Notes: generated from the letters alone by a model not told the origin. A stretch of DNA of 63,623 bases, filler included, from Hausera hauseri (GCA_046269625.1; 11 parts of 11 records of this genome joined end to end with filler, not necessarily neighbours in it); one strand, 5' to 3'; shown: positions 38,327 through 52,577, counted from the whole stretch's first letter. Numbers and translations are program-made.

Positions 38327-38615
38327 CTTATTATACATAGAGGAAGAACCTTATAAAAGTGATGTTTGTGGTAACAGATTTAATTACAAACATAGTCTAA
38401 CGACACGCAGATTGTTACACATAGGGAAAAAACCATATAAATGTGATGTTTATGGTGAAATGTTTAATCGGAAAAGTCACCTAAGGAGTCACAAATTATT
38501 ATACACAGGGAAAGCCCTTATAAATGTGATGTTTGTGGTAAAGGTTTAATCAGAAAGGTAGCCTAAGGAGCCACAAATTATTACACACAGGGGAAAATCC
38601 TAATTAATGTGATGT
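38327..38615 (+). pseudogene. Degenerate C2H2 zinc-finger array (~4 fingers)
   Basis: 84-bp periodic HTGEKPYKCDVCGKGF..H-type units with frameshifts and substitutions. Confidence 0.85.
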
Positions 38616-38619
38616 TTAC

Positions 38620-41600
38620 AGTCAACACCTGGAGTTTTTTTCATAATTTGATGGCATTTAAGAATTGTAATATTCTCGCTATAATTCATGAAGAAAGTGA
38701 CTTTCCCAAAGCTACTGATGATTCGTTACTTCAGAAGCTTATCAGTTCTTGTTCCAAACATCCCCGATTCATAAAAGCAAAAGCTGATATTTCCAAAGTA
38801 TTACTTTCGTTTGGTTTCTCGTAGAATACTGTTCATGTTTAGATGTTTGGTATTCAACATTTTGCTGGAACTGTCCATTACAAAATTCAAGGTTTCCTGG
38901 AGAAAAATCGTGATGCATTCAATGCTGATCTTATTGATCTCATTCAAACTTCGAAAAACGAATTTTTGCAAACTCTTTTTGATAAAGACTTTTCTGTAGT
39001 ACGTTTTTTTAATGTATAAATTGTTCATGGTTATAACTCTCATTCGAATGGTGGGACGTTCTACGTGGTAATCTAAAACAACATTTCGATTTAGGGATTT
39101 GAAACGCGTAAACGATCTCCAACTCTTGCCATTCAGTTCAAAAGATCTCTCGATTCTCTTCTAACTATTTTAAAGACACGGCAGCCTTTCTTCATCAGAT
39201 GTATAAAACCGAATGAATTCAAACGTAAACAAGATTTTGATCGTTCTTTATGTCTTCGACAACTTCGATATTCTGGTATGATGGAAACCATTCGAATTCG
39301 TAAAGCCGGATATCCGATTCGGCACCAATTTTGCGACTTTATCGACCGTTATCGAATACTTATTCCTGGTGTTCCAATTAGCATTCAATGCAAAGACAGC
39401 CGAGAAACTACGAAACAGATTTGTATGAAAATTCTAGATCCGAAAGGTTATCAGGTGGGAAAAACGAAATTATTCCTCAAAGATTCTACGGATATTTATC
39501 TGGAAGAATGTCGTGACAAAATGTTAACAAATTCTGTCATAACTATTCAGAAAACGTGGAGAAGATTTTTCCATAGACGTAGGTTTCTTCGGCTTCGACG
39601 AGCAGCAACAGTAATTCAAAAGAACATTCGGATGTATTTGGCAAGAAGAAAATACCGCAAGGTAATCAAATTACTATGAAATATGGCTAATAAAAATCAT
39701 AGCTAAAAAAAGGAATATCTTTGTTCCAAGCAACTTACCGAGCTCGAATTGCAAGCCGAAAGTTGAAAGATTTGAAGGGTTTCATTAAAGGAGTTCAAAG
39801 ATATTGCAGAGGATTTCTTTCTCGACTGAGATTAAAGAAAAAGCGTAAAGGCATTGTCATAATTCAAACTGCTGTTCGAAAGTATTTGGCTATGAAGAGA
39901 TATTCAAAGTTGAAGGATGAGGTAATTTTTGAAAATATACGTGCTTTTTTCGTTTATTTTTATATTTGAAATGTGACTCACAAGGGAACTACCACTGTTT
40001 TAACAAACGCCACCAATTTGCACAACTTCTCTTCGCTGTTACTCATGCTATTAAAATACAAAAGATATTTTAAAACACCTACGTATAGTTGTTCAGAGCA
40101 CTCACGTATTTCTTCACACCAGCCAATCATTATCCAGCAAATGACTTTTCACACAAGAAATGTACTTTATGCAGCGTTAGTACTATTCGATACAAGCCTT
40201 AACTAGTCGAATAATTAGACGGATACTAATTTGTTCGCCAGAACATCGGACAAACATATTTGTTAAGTCCTTCTCTGTGTTAGGGAGGAAATTGAACAAG
40301 TGCACAATGACGTAAAATAGGAAAACTTTTCTTACAAAATTTATTTTCATATCATTAAACATCATAAACTTTAGTACTCGTATAAGTCATTTTCATGGAA
40401 TAATTTGACAATATATGAGACCTATTTTGTCTAAAATTTCATTTTTTTTCTGGTTAAAATTTGTATAACTAATAAAACATAATTTCTCGCATTTCTCAAA
40501 ATTATTGCAATATAGAAACAGAAGCTAATTGAAGCCTCTGAACTTCGTAAAGAAGAAGAACTGTTGTTAAAGAAACAAATGGATGAAGAAAAAGCAAAAC
40601 GAGAAGCAGAAATTCGTCATCAAGTAAAATCTTATTTTCAAGAAATATTCCTTCATAATTCCCTATTTCTTTATAGAAAAGACTCGACGAATTAAAAGAC
40701 ATTTCTACTGCTGAATCATTGCAGAAACAGCAAGAGAGCAGTGATAAAAAAAGACAAATAGCAGAAGCCGAAAAACGACGCTTTCGACCCGTGGATGAAT
40801 CAGAAATGGTGAGAACAATTGTGCAATTAATAATGCATAGGATTTATATTAAAAATTTACGTCGTGCTCCATTATGTTTCTCAATACGCCCAAATAATAT
40901 CTTACTCATTGTGTTGTATTTAGTTGGATGAAATATTTGGAGATTTTGAAGACCACGGTGGAAATAAAAACACATCACTTTCCAATGGGCCGATAGCGTT
41001 CGAAGATTTAGAACAATCGCGAACGAATGCCCTGAACAGTGTTGATAAACTGTTCGTCTCCAATATTCCTGACTATTTGAACTCTGTTCTGGACGAAGAT
41101 GTATCGGAATTCAAATTTTCAAAATTCGCTGCAATGTACTTTCAAAACGACCAGGACGCGGAATTCTCTAGAAGACCGCTAAAAAGATCGTTGTTGTATT
41201 ATCCAAATCCGAATGACCAAATGGCAGCACTTGCAGTGTGGATCGTTATATTACGGTTTATGAAAGACCTACCGGAACCGATGATAAGTAAAACGTATTC
41301 GTCGAAAAAAGACAACGTTCCAATGATGACAAAAATCTATCAATCCTTGGGTAGAAAATTCAATCCACAAGATATCCAATTGGCCGCAGAAGAAGCTGAA
41401 CGAATGGTGCCATTTTATAACTCAGTTCAATATTTAACCGAATATTTCAGGGTCAAACTCCGTACGAAAATAACACACTGCGGTGCAACAAAAAGAACAT
41501 TGTTTCACTAACTTTGAAAAAGAAATCGAAGTTTACCGAAGAGGTCGTTAGTCAGTTGAGAAGTCCTGACAATGCAGATATGCATGGTGATGGAAAAACT

Positions 41601-42379
41601 ATCCTCGACGAAAGTCCAATCACAAATCTGGAAAAACTACACTTTATTATTGGAAACGGAATTTTGAGACCGCAGTTGAGAGATGAAATCTATTGCCAGA
41701 TCTGCAAACAGATGACCAATAACCCCCGTGCCGAAAGCGTTAGTCGAGGTCTGATTCTACTAAATTTATGTATCGGATGCTTTGCACCGACGGAAAAGTT
41801 TGTCCGGACGTTGCGAAATTTTATTCAAAGCAACTTTGCGAATTATTCGACATTTGTCGTAAAAAGACTTCAGAGAACGTTTTCTAATGGAACGAGAAAC
41901 CAGCCGCCAAGTTGGCTTGAATTGAAGGCGATTAAGAACAAAGAACCAATCATTTTGGCTGTAACATGTATGAATGGAAATACGGAAACAATATTTGCCG
42001 ATTCAGCATCAACGGCAAATGAGTTGTGTTCGGTGTTATCGCAAAAGATTAATTTGAAGGATAATTTTGGCTTTTCGCTTTTTGTTGCAATTTTGGATAA
42101 GGTTCGAGTTAAATGATATTATGAAAAATCATCTTTTGATTTTTTTACTAGGTTTCTTCACTCGGCAGTGGGAATGATCATGTAATGGATGCTATAAGCC
42201 AGTGCGAACAGTTCGCAAAAGAGAAGGGTATTCCTGAATCGAAAGCTCAATGGCGGCTTTTCTTTCGGAAAGAAATCTTTACTCCATGGCATAATCCAAA
42301 TGATGATTCATTGGCTACAGATTTAATTTACCATCAGGTTGTGAGAGGGATAAAGTTTGGGGAATACAGATGTGATACG
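38620..42379 (+). CDS. MYO7A: Myosin VIIa (partial, multi-exon): motor C-half, IQ motifs, coiled coil, MyTH4, FERM start
   Basis: [110 protein letters not shown]. Introns include 38798-38842, 39662-39702, 40624-40676, 41407-41450 and 42102-42151. Confidence 0.93.
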
Positions 42380-42882
42380 GTAATTAATGATATGTGTGGT
42401 ATGCAAGATGTACATGTATATGTAAAATATGTGTTGAACAAGATTTTACTTTGATACATCGGGAAAAATTTTAATTCTCCATAAGCTCTTAACACAATAT
42501 TTTTTCCTGTGAGCAGTTGTAAATAATTCACAACCTTTCATTCTCTAAAATGGCTTCCTATCTGTGTTGACTTATCTTGACTGTCATAACCACTGATTAT
42601 TGGAGAAAATCGAAGAATTTCTACCGAGGGAAGGAACTTTACTGACAGTCAGGGTTTTATGAGAGTAAATAACATACGTAATTTTAATTAACTCTTATTT
42701 TACACCCTAACATTCAGAAGAATTTAGAGTTTTTATGACATTTTTGACCTTCTTCGACCATTTCACATTATATTTAGTGTTTNNNNNNNNNNNNNNNNNN
42801 NNNNNNNNNNNNNNNNNNNNNNNNNNTTAATTAATTAANNNNNNNNNNNNNNNNNNNNNNNNNNNNNNNNNNNNNNNNNNNN

Positions 42883-44560
42883 TCATTAACTACCATATCG
42901 GAAAAAGAGTACTACGTTTATCAAGAGTCAGAGTTTGTGAAAACTAAGGTGAAAGAATGTTTCGTTCGAAAAAATCATTTTCATTTTATTTGTGGATATT
43001 GATATCGAAATTCAGAAATACTCGAACCAACTACCCCATTCGAGCCACTTCCTATAAGCAAACGAATATGCATAGAGGCTTTTGTGACAAAACAGAATAA
43101 TATTGGCAATATTAGACTGAAAGCTTAGAAAGGAAAAATTATTGATAAAAGAATTTTCGTGGCTAGAACAATTGATAAGACGGGATATTGTAAGGTTGAG
43201 TCTTATAATATCAGTGGTCAAATTTTAGATAATATAGTGGCTATTGAAGATTATCAAGTCGAGCTGAGAGAATACGATGCCCTCTTCGAGCTATCTTCAG
43301 AAAAGATGATGACATTTCCTGAATGTGACTATTATAATAAAGAATGTGACAATGTGGAATCAATTATGTCATGTGAAGTCGCTAGAGATCAGTATCAATT
43401 AGCTTTATTAAAAATAGGAAAGTTTAACGAAACAAAAGGACAAATGTCCAAAGAAGAAATATCTAGCAGCAGACTAGACCGAGTATCGGATATGATTGAG
43501 ACTCCAACCATAGTATATTTAGCAAATCCTCAAGACGGAATAAGATTAGAAAGTGATACTAGGAGATGTGACCACACAGTATTTTGAACAAATTATAAAG
43601 GGATATTCTTATATACAGCAGAAATAACAAAAGCTAAGAGGAAAATTGACAAATCGGAAGTGAAGCCTCATCTTTATTTCGATAATAGGATTGATTTATT
43701 TATCACTTCCAGCAAGAAAATATCTATGCTATGTATCGAGAGATAATATTAAACGATTATAAATTGAACAGAGAGAAAACTAGAAACCGAATATAGCTGT
43801 CAGCGATAACGGACGGAATAATAAAAGATCCAGCCGAATCCCCCGATACAGATGGGAAGTTTGCCCGAACAATAGGTGATACGCTTGTAACTTTTGAGTG
43901 TACAAAAGTAACTGTCAAATTAAGACCAACAACCGACTGTACCATAGAGTTATGTATTTGGTACAAAGAAAAACCACGTTTCTTGCAACCAATCACCCGG
44001 ATATTATTAGATCCGGCAGAAAAACCATATGTACATCAAAATTGTACATATACTATGTCGCCAGCATATCGATTAAGCGACAATTTATGGATAAGGATGC
44101 CCAAAAAGGAGCAGATTACTCCACCTCGAAGGATTAGTTTAATCAATTTGAAGACCGAACAAACATACATGCCATTGACAGATTTGGTAAAGATGGGTGT
44201 GTATTCCGAACAAGATATGGAAAATCATAGAAGAATGATGATGTTCCTTTAGCAGAGACAGAAAATTCTAACAGAGATGGCAATGAGAGTGTTAGCTGAT
44301 CACACCGGGAAAGCTAACTGGAAAAATTTGATGGGACCAGAATATGCCAAGAAAATAGCTAAAGATATATTTGCGACCGAATGGGGATGGTATATTTGGT
44401 TTGGTCAGTTTAATTCTGGATGGCTAGGATTTTATTATATCTTTGCCTTTATGAAAGCAATTCTCACAATGATAACAAAGGCTATGGCATAAAACAAGCT
44501 GCTGGATGTACTTGGAATATCATATATGCATTAATTCCATCAGTTGCTAGTTGTTGCTAG
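42883..44560 (+). pseudogene. Chuvirus-like fusion glycoprotein (env), copy B
   Basis: YYVYQESEFVKTKVKECFVRKNHFHFICG; IDKTGYC; GKFARTIGDTLVTFECTKVTVKLRPTTDCTIELCIWYKEKPRFLQPITRIL; GVYSEQDMENHRRMMMF; WGWYIWFGQFNSGWLGF..KGYGIKQAAGCTW. Confidence 0.82.
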
Positions 44561-46949
44561 AAAGACGCAGAATGGAAACAAAAAAATAAGAAAAGGGATC
44601 ATTCAAATGACAATAAGGAGTCACCTACTATAGAAAGAATATGGAAAACGAAACCTAAGTCACTTGAAAATACTAAGAAAATGTGGAGCCTAATTACAAC
44701 ACAAAGTAAAATGAAAAGAACGTTATTCTCAGACATTCCACAAGTAAAAGGGTGGAATGAATACCTTCTGGAACATCAGCAATATATAGATATACACTGT
44801 TCTAGTGATATCGATAACTCTGATCCCAAGTGCATGGAGCTAACATTTTACCCATCAGCCTCAAAGAAAGATTTGATAACCAGTATAGTCGGTGGTAAAG
44901 TAATACCAAGAACAGTGACTTGGATCGATGGACACCCTATTACAGCGATAATTGATACGGGAGCATCAGCTTCAATGATTTCTCGGAAACGATTACCAGA
45001 ATCACTAAAGGAGAAACTACAAAAACCAACAGAAGCCATTACAAATGTTGGAACCTTTGGAACTAAGGTACAAGTAAAGGATTTAATTAAATGTGAAACT
45101 AAATTTCTTAATCAAAAATTTGAACAAGAATTTAGAATAGCAGATGAATTGGTAGCAGAAGCCATACTTGGTTGTGATGTACTAGCGAAATTAAAAGATA
45201 TGTGTATAAATTTGGAAACCCAACAAATTCAGCGGTTAAGAAAAATGAAAAATGAAAAAAAAAGATACGGTATCTATCAAAGAAGATATAATGATACCAG
45301 CTAGAACAGAAGTCGTACTCAAAGCTATAGTACAGAGAAAAGATGAAGGAGAAGTTTATATTGAACCGAATTTAGGCTTTATGGATGAAAATGAATTATG
45401 GATGGCTCACATAATTGATAATATCCGAGAACAAGTGATTGTTCGAATAGCCAATGTCTCAAGTAAACCTAAACTTCTTAGGAAAGGAACCCGGATCGCC
45501 TATGTGTACATTATGAAAGATATAGGCTATAACGCAATAGAAGCAAAGTTTTCAACTGCACAAGAAATATCCGAATTTGTGGAAAAACAACGCCAAAAAT
45601 CACCAGAAAAATGTGGAATACGATTCGAGGATGAATCAATGAATAAATTAAAAGATCACCTTAATAAAAGTAAGAAAGTAGTAAAACTCGCAAAAACTCC
45701 TATCAATTGGAATGACTATGATTTGTTTGGAGAAAACAGTACATTAGCAGATAAAGAAAAAGAAGATATAGTCAGAATATTACAACAGTAACGAGATACC
45801 TTCGCAATAGATGAATATGATATGGGTATAATACCCGTTATCAAACATGAGATCAAATTAAAACCTGGAATGGAGACTCCTATTAAAAAAGGCCATATAG
45901 ACTCAATTATGATAAAAGAGAAAAAGCTAAATAAATAATAGCTGAAATGAGACAATATGATATAATTAGAACACGTAATTCGTCATGGGCAGCTCCCATT
46001 GTAATGGTACAAAAGAAAGATAGATCGATCAGAATGTATGTGGACTATCGTGCTTTAAATGAAGTAACAATAGATAATACTTATCCCTTACCCAGAATCG
46101 ATGAGTTATTAGACAAGTTAAAAGATAAAATGTTATTCACTACGCTAGTTCTACAGAAAGGATTCTAGTAAATAGAAGTTCAGGAAAAAGATAAACAGAA
46201 GATAGCTTTCGTAACTGCGGACTGACATTATGAGTTTAATCAAATTGCTTTTGGGATGAAAAATTACCCAGCAACGTTCCAAACAGCCATGTACATAACT
46301 ACATTGGATGCTCCACACATAACGTGTTATGTGGACGATGTTATAATCGCTTCTACGATTCTAAGCAATATAAAAAGCATCTCAAGGATATACACGAAAG
46401 ATGTGCATTGCTTGGAATAAAAGTGAGTCTTAAGAAATGCTGTTTCGCGCGGACCCAAGTAGATTTTTTAGGTATACAGTGAGCAGAGAAGGCATTAATC
46501 CTCGAATTGAATAAATAAAAATTCAGGTTCCTAAAACAGTTAGAGTCCGAAAATTTCTTGGTCTTACAAGTTATTATCGAAAATTTGTTAAGGACTACCA
46601 ACAAATAGCCTCTCCGCTGCATTCGTTATTACAAGAAAACTCTAAGCTCGTCTGGACTCAAGAATGTCAAAAAGCGTACCAACAGTTAAAGGATAACTTA
46701 TTAGCTCCGCCAATATTGGCTTATCCAAACATGTCGAAGCCATATTTCTTAGCTACAGATGCGAGTAAAGTCGGAATCGAAGTTGTTCTATTACAAAGAG
46801 ACGATCAATGACACGAACACTTAATATCGTTTGGAGGTAGAAAGCTAAGAAAACCTGAGAAAAACTACTCCACAATCAAAAGAGAATTACTTGCAATTGT
46901 ATATGCGTTGGAACAGTATGGACAGTATTTGTCGGAGACTAAACCAATC
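44561..46949 (+). mobile_element. Ty3/Gypsy pol (family B): linker, protease, spacer, RT, RNase H (pseudogene)
   Basis: TAIIDTGASASMI..ILGCDVL; SSWAAPIVMV, YVDYRALN, YPLPRIDELLD, CYVDDV; LATDAS, RELLAIV. Close relative of 7069-7908 (shared LDAPH before YxDD). Confidence 0.95.
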
Positions 46950-48470
46950 NNNNNNNNNNNNNNNNNNNNNNNNNNNNNNNNNNNNNNNNNNNNTTAATTA
47001 ATTAANNNNNNNNNNNNNNNNNNNNNNNNNNNNNNNNNNNNNNNNNNNNGGAGGAATTACTTGTTGAGTTAGTCTTCATCTTAGCAGGCCTCTTTCTTGG
47101 TAATGCGAATCATTTAGTAACATTCCACGTCTCTTCATCCGTTATAGGAAGTCTATCATTTGATAATTTCTATAAGTTATTTCCGCTCCTTGTTCATGCG
47201 GTCTGTTCGAGGTTTATATTCGATTTATACTGGGGTTCCAGTCCGAATCATCCACGTTAACAAGATAATCAGTCAACCACTATCCGACCACATTAGATAA
47301 CAAATTAAAATCAAATGTTAAAGTAGATTTACTGTGTCAAATATATATTCTATCACAAACAGGTACAATAATACAATAGGTTAACGACCATCAATTTTAT
47401 TTAGGCTCTTTTTATAATCAAAAGAAATTCAAAATTAATTACCGGAATATTCGTTCACATTATTATTCGATTCATTTGCTTGATTGGACATGTTTATCTA
47501 TATTCTGTCACAATTAGGATAATCCTTATGCAATTTTGTGAGTGGACCTTTCTTTGGCAGATACGATCTAGTTTGGTAGTTCTTTTGAGATTGTTTTTAT
47601 GAATTCCGTTAATATCAAATAAAGGACAATAATACTAACTGTTTATTTCCACCGACACTGGAAATCTGATTAACCGATTTATCTTATGAGTATCCGAGTG
47701 AATATCTAATCTAGTATTCAATACTATTACTTCGAATTTTGACTGTAAAATTTGGTTGGTTTCTGTTTGGACGTCACTGGTTTATATACCAGTTTTTTAC
47801 GTCAGTCATTTTTTAAATGGATTTTAAAATTTGTCAATCCATTATGTTTTCTTACGTCAATTATTTTTAAAATGGATTATAAAATTTGCCTATCCATTAT
47901 GTATTCCTGAATTTAAATTTCTGTATTTAAAATTTTGCTTGTCTATTAAATTTTCTTAATGTATTTTCTTAATGTTTTCCCAGTGCCAATCATTTCATTC
48001 ACAGCACTTTTCTAGATTTTGGGTGATTGACACTCTCGGGTTTCACACAGAATACTTCTCTAAATTTTTGGGTGTGTCAATCATTTTATTCATAGCATTT
48101 TTCAACATTTTTGGGTGATTGACACTGGCGCATTTTATTATTCAAATTTCTTAATTAGTTAAATTTCTAAAACTGCAACAATAATATCTAATTAAATTTC
48201 TAGAACTGCAACAATTATGGCCGTTACATTGGCTAACAATACAATACACTGTATCAGTGATAATAATCGGATACCCTTCAACGGGTTTTACAACGCAATA
48301 AAGAAAAGAAATTTTTATTTACAATAGTAATACCAAAATGTTTAAAATCAAATCAAGTCGAAATGTTATGTCAAACTGTTTGTTGTAAAAGATCACAATG
48401 TTCATAATGTTAAATTGTTGATGCGTAATGAAGAGAGCGTAAAGTTGATAGAAGAAGTATGAATATTCAG

Positions 48471-49164
48471 CATGGATTATGACCGATTGTTCCAACAAGC
48501 CAGTAGAGGAGGGAATATAGGAGGAGGATATTCTGTCGAAAGGGGATATAGAGGGTATCCTGCTGCACTAGATGGAGGCTATACTCCATCTACACCGAAT
48601 AGAACCGAGGGACTTTTGTATGCAAACAGTATTCAAGGAAGCGACCGCATTCGACCTTCACTGGATCTCATATCTGGAGCCAAAAACGTCAGTGGTGACA
48701 GTCCTCAACAGCCACCTACAATACTACAGCGTCCCTCTTCGTATACCAAAATTCAGTTGCCCTCCGTGCCATTGGGTCCTGTACCTATAGTTCAACTGAC
48801 ATCATCACCAGACACACCAGGTCTTAATCTGGCGCACATCGACGCAGAATGGGAGAGGAGAGGCAGCAGATGTTCTGACCGAAGTCATAACTCCAAAAGC
48901 TCAGGTAGGGCCAGCAATCGCTTTCTAGGGGTTAACACGGGTTCCGCGTGGACTAGGTGGTCCAGGGATCGGCGAGCTAGCTACAGAAGACGATTAGAAA
49001 AACTAGCTCAAGAAGAACCAGTTCTTACTACGGACATAACAAGGATATCAACACCAGTCAAAAAAGCGCGACAGGAATGTCTGAAATTTGTTCACCCGGA
49101 CTTGGAAGCAACTTACCTATCCGAGGATGATCTAAAGGAACTTCGAAGACACAAACAGCAGCAA
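48471..49164 (+). CDS. Probable host exon, unknown protein
   Basis: 238-codon open frame bounded by a ttcag acceptor (48470) and a probable gttag donor (49165). Contains basic phospho-motifs (RRAS, RRGS). Confidence 0.5.
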
Positions 49165-49249
49165 GTTAGAAAAAATGATGGCGAGTAGCCAAAGAAAGAG
49201 AAAAACAGCTCAGGAAAGCGAGACGGAAAGAAAAAAATGTTTGATGTCT

Positions 49250-50010
49250 ACCCTGAATATTGAAAAGGGTTTTGTTCTCAAAATTCTTCGCTATATTTTT
49301 AACGTGAATAAAATTAGTGCTCAATGGATTTCTCGACTTTTAACAGCGGACCATCGTTAAAGAAGACTTATGCAATTTTTCATTACCAAAACCCTAAAAA
49401 AATCCCACGACGTTTTTTTCAAAAATTGTCACTGGTGATGAAACGTGGCTGCAGGCATATGATTCAGAAACCAAACAGGAGTCGATAAAATACAGAATAA
49501 AGGGATAATCACCACCGATCAAATCCCAGATGCAAAAGTAAATTTCAACAAACGTCATGGTAACTGTTTTCTTTGATTTAGATGGTGCTATTCATTTGGA
49601 ATATGTGCAACCTAATGAAACTGTTAATTCCATCCGATACATTCAGGCCCTTACAAATCTGAGAGAGTCACTTAAGAAAAATGTCATGGGAAACTTACTC
49701 GAGTAATCTTACTTTATCATGATATAGCCCCATAACACGGCAGCCAGATGTGTGTGCAAGCAATTCGCAATTTCAAATTTGACATTCTTCCCCATTCGTC
49801 ATACAGTTTCGATCTCGCACCTGCAGATGTTCGTTTATTCCTACAAATTAAATGAATGCTAAAAGGAAAACGATTTAAAACAACTGACGATTTAAAATTG
49901 GCCTTTGAAAAAGCCTTTGCCCAAAAGAAAAAGATTCTTTTGTAAGTTCATTCAAATCCTAGCGCAATCGAGCTCAAAAATGTCTAGATAACAATGGAAT
50001 TTATGTTTAA
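49250..50010 (+). mobile_element. mariner DD34D transposase pseudogene
   Basis: KISAQWISRLLT, IVTGDETW, VMVTVFFD, LYHDIAP, PHSSYSFDLAPAD. Confidence 0.9.
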
Positions 50011-50084
50011 AAGGAGATCTGGCTTATCAACAATTGGATTAACAAGTTCTATCTGTAAGGTACCTGTCAAGAAACAATCTCATC

Positions 50085-51860
50085 TAAACATCGTCACACC
50101 GAAGCTGTCTTCAGCCCTTGATCGAATCAAAGTCAGAGATTGAAACGCCACATGTATTTGGCTGCTGCAGCGAAGTCATTAGGCCACGATCCACAGGAAA
50201 TAGTACTGAACAAAGAGTCAACCAGAAATGTTCACACCGTGAAAACATTTCCAGGAACATTAAGAGCAGTTTCGCACCATCTATTACCAACTATTACCAT
50301 TTCTCGGTGGATATGACATTGTTGGAAGACTAGCCGTGATCCGGTCTGGAATGGGCGTCATGAAGTTGTTGACTGTTTCACAGCTGGTAGGTGGTTCTGG
50401 TGGAGCGCAGGCAGAAGTAGTTTATAATGTGCTGATGGACTGGAATGTATCTAACAGAGTACAGTGTATATCATTTAACACTACATCAAGCAACACTAGG
50501 AACAGATCAGGTGCATTTGTTTTCCTAGAGCAGAAGCTGAATAGAAAACTTTAAGTTTGACATGTTGGCTGATAATTGCCAAGGTGTTTCAAGTATTTTC
50601 TCTTGAACCGTCATCCAGTAGGCCATATATTAAGTTATTTCAGCGATTTTCAAACCCATGGCAAACTATTAATGCCACAGTGCATGAGAGTGGTACAACT
50701 GATCAGCAGCTCGCATCATATTTCAACTATGTTAAAAATGATGCACTTTCATATGTTACTGACATATCTACCAAGAGGTGATTACAAAGAGCTGCTTCAT
50801 CTGGCACTCATTTCTTTGAGATACATCAGTGTCATTCAACGTTCCCAGACCAAGTTCTTATCACAGAGCCAGATGGATGGTCAATTTAATTTACTGTCTA
50901 AAGATTTACCTTTTTCGTTCTCCATTCAATCTAGCAGGCACAGAACTATCCGGTCTTCAGTAATTTAATGTGATAGTTGTCACTGTATATCTGAAAACCT
51001 GTTTTACTTGTCCATATTTTGTTTCTGCTCTATGCGAAGACCTCCAGTTGTTAAAGAAGCCAGTAGACTATAAAAAAGTTAACCAATTTGTTGCCAGTGT
51101 AGCAATAAAAGTCTTCATGCGACATCTCTGATATCTTCGTGGAACCCTCGTTGGTTTGGCGTTTCTTAATGATGAAGTTGATGATGAAATAAAAGTTTCC
51201 ATGGTTGCTGCTCTTGAATATGTTGGAGTAGACGAACCATCCAAGAGTGTTTCAATGGAGGAAGATGGTGGTATTATTTCCACTAAGAACCTTAATGACT
51301 TTGTCACATCAAACGCCAGACAGCTGTTTAATGTTCTTGATGTTCCACACCAATTTCTCCAGCAGCATCCATACACATAAAAATATCTTAATAAGTACAA
51401 GCGTGTTCAGAATCAGCTGATATCTTTGAAAATTGTTAACGATGCAGCTTAGCGTGTTATATCATTGTTTTAGTCATTCCATGCAGTCACTTCTAATGAA
51501 GAAGACCAAGAACAGTACTTAATGCAGGCTGTAGAGAAGCATCACGCGACTTCCCAGGACCAAATAAATCGACACTAACATACAATACATTCAACAGTTC
51601 ACAGTGAATACAGCGTCCTGATTACAAGAACTGAAAATAATAATGTTTCTGTTATAAAGGCATATAGAGCTGCTTTCAATACTTTTTATAATGATTAACA
51701 GTAGACTTTATGTTACCAAATTAAGAAATTCATGCTATCGAATTAAATATAATTTATGTGGTAAATTTATAAAACTTCGTCAACGTTGAGCAAGTGGTAA
51801 ATGTTGCTTAATTTAAAAAAATTATTTTTTGTTAAATACTTAATTTTTAAGTGGCACACT
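50085..51860 (+). mobile_element. Second Sola2-like transposase pseudogene
   Basis: IVTPKLSSALDRIKV, ISFNTTSSNT..GA..FLEQKL, PRGDYKELL, VNDAA; homologous to 1347-3000. Confidence 0.65.
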
Positions 51861-51868
51861 AATATATA

Positions 51869-52577
51869 TAGGATGACAGAAAAACGGGAACTTTTGAAAT
51901 GCGTAGTGGCAGCCATGTACAGTTGGCAGTGCCGTAAAACAGGGATGTTGAGCTGTAAACAATCGCGTCATTTACGAATTAAAGCAATTTTTGCTACAAA
52001 CTTAAATTTATCTGATTTGCCCAATGGTGTTGCACAAAAAGATCACAAAAATTAAATAAATTTAATTTAAATAAAATTTGTTTAAATGGTAAGAAAAATA
52101 AACTAATCGGATTTCGTTTGTTTTTTCAGTAATCTTTTGTTGCACGTGCATTGAATAATTTTCCACAACTTCACGAAACCTGGTTTCAACAGGATGGTGC
52201 TACATTGCACTCTGCAACGCAATCAATGGCGGCTTTGCGAGAATTATTTGATAATTGTGTTATCTCAAGATTCGGTTACATTCCATGACCCTCAAGATCA
52301 CCGTAATTTTTCTTGTGGGGCAACCTTAAGAGTCGGGTCTACACGACTTGGCCAAGGATGCAGGATAAATTTAAACAAAGAATTCAAGACAAAATTTGTG
52401 GTATCTTAGCTTAGATGTTGCAGCGATCAATGGAGAACCTCATTAGCAGATTGGAAAAATGCATACTTACAGGAGGACGTCATCTACTGGACGTAATTTT
52501 CAAACGTTGACAATTTGGATTACTGTCTTCTATTTTTATTGGGTTTTCAAAGTTCCCGTTTTTCTATGTCACTCTTT
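51869..52577 (+). mobile_element. Internally deleted Tc1/mariner element with TIRs (~700 bp)
   Basis: TIRs ggatgacagaaaaacgggaacttttgaaa and ttttcaaagttcccgtttttctatgtcac; internal WFQQDGATLH, VISRFG, FFLWG.LKSRVY. Confidence 0.85.

Noticed and set aside
34082-44560. Conserved TAG read-through between glycoprotein and protease
   Set aside because: Both copies have an in-frame TAG, but at non-equivalent positions (~7 codons apart) and amid many decay stops. It cannot be distinguished from mutation.
47050-48229. Possible 5' LTR (TGTAACGG on the minus strand at 48229) and gag start
   Set aside because: No convincing PBS, second LTR or gag motif found.
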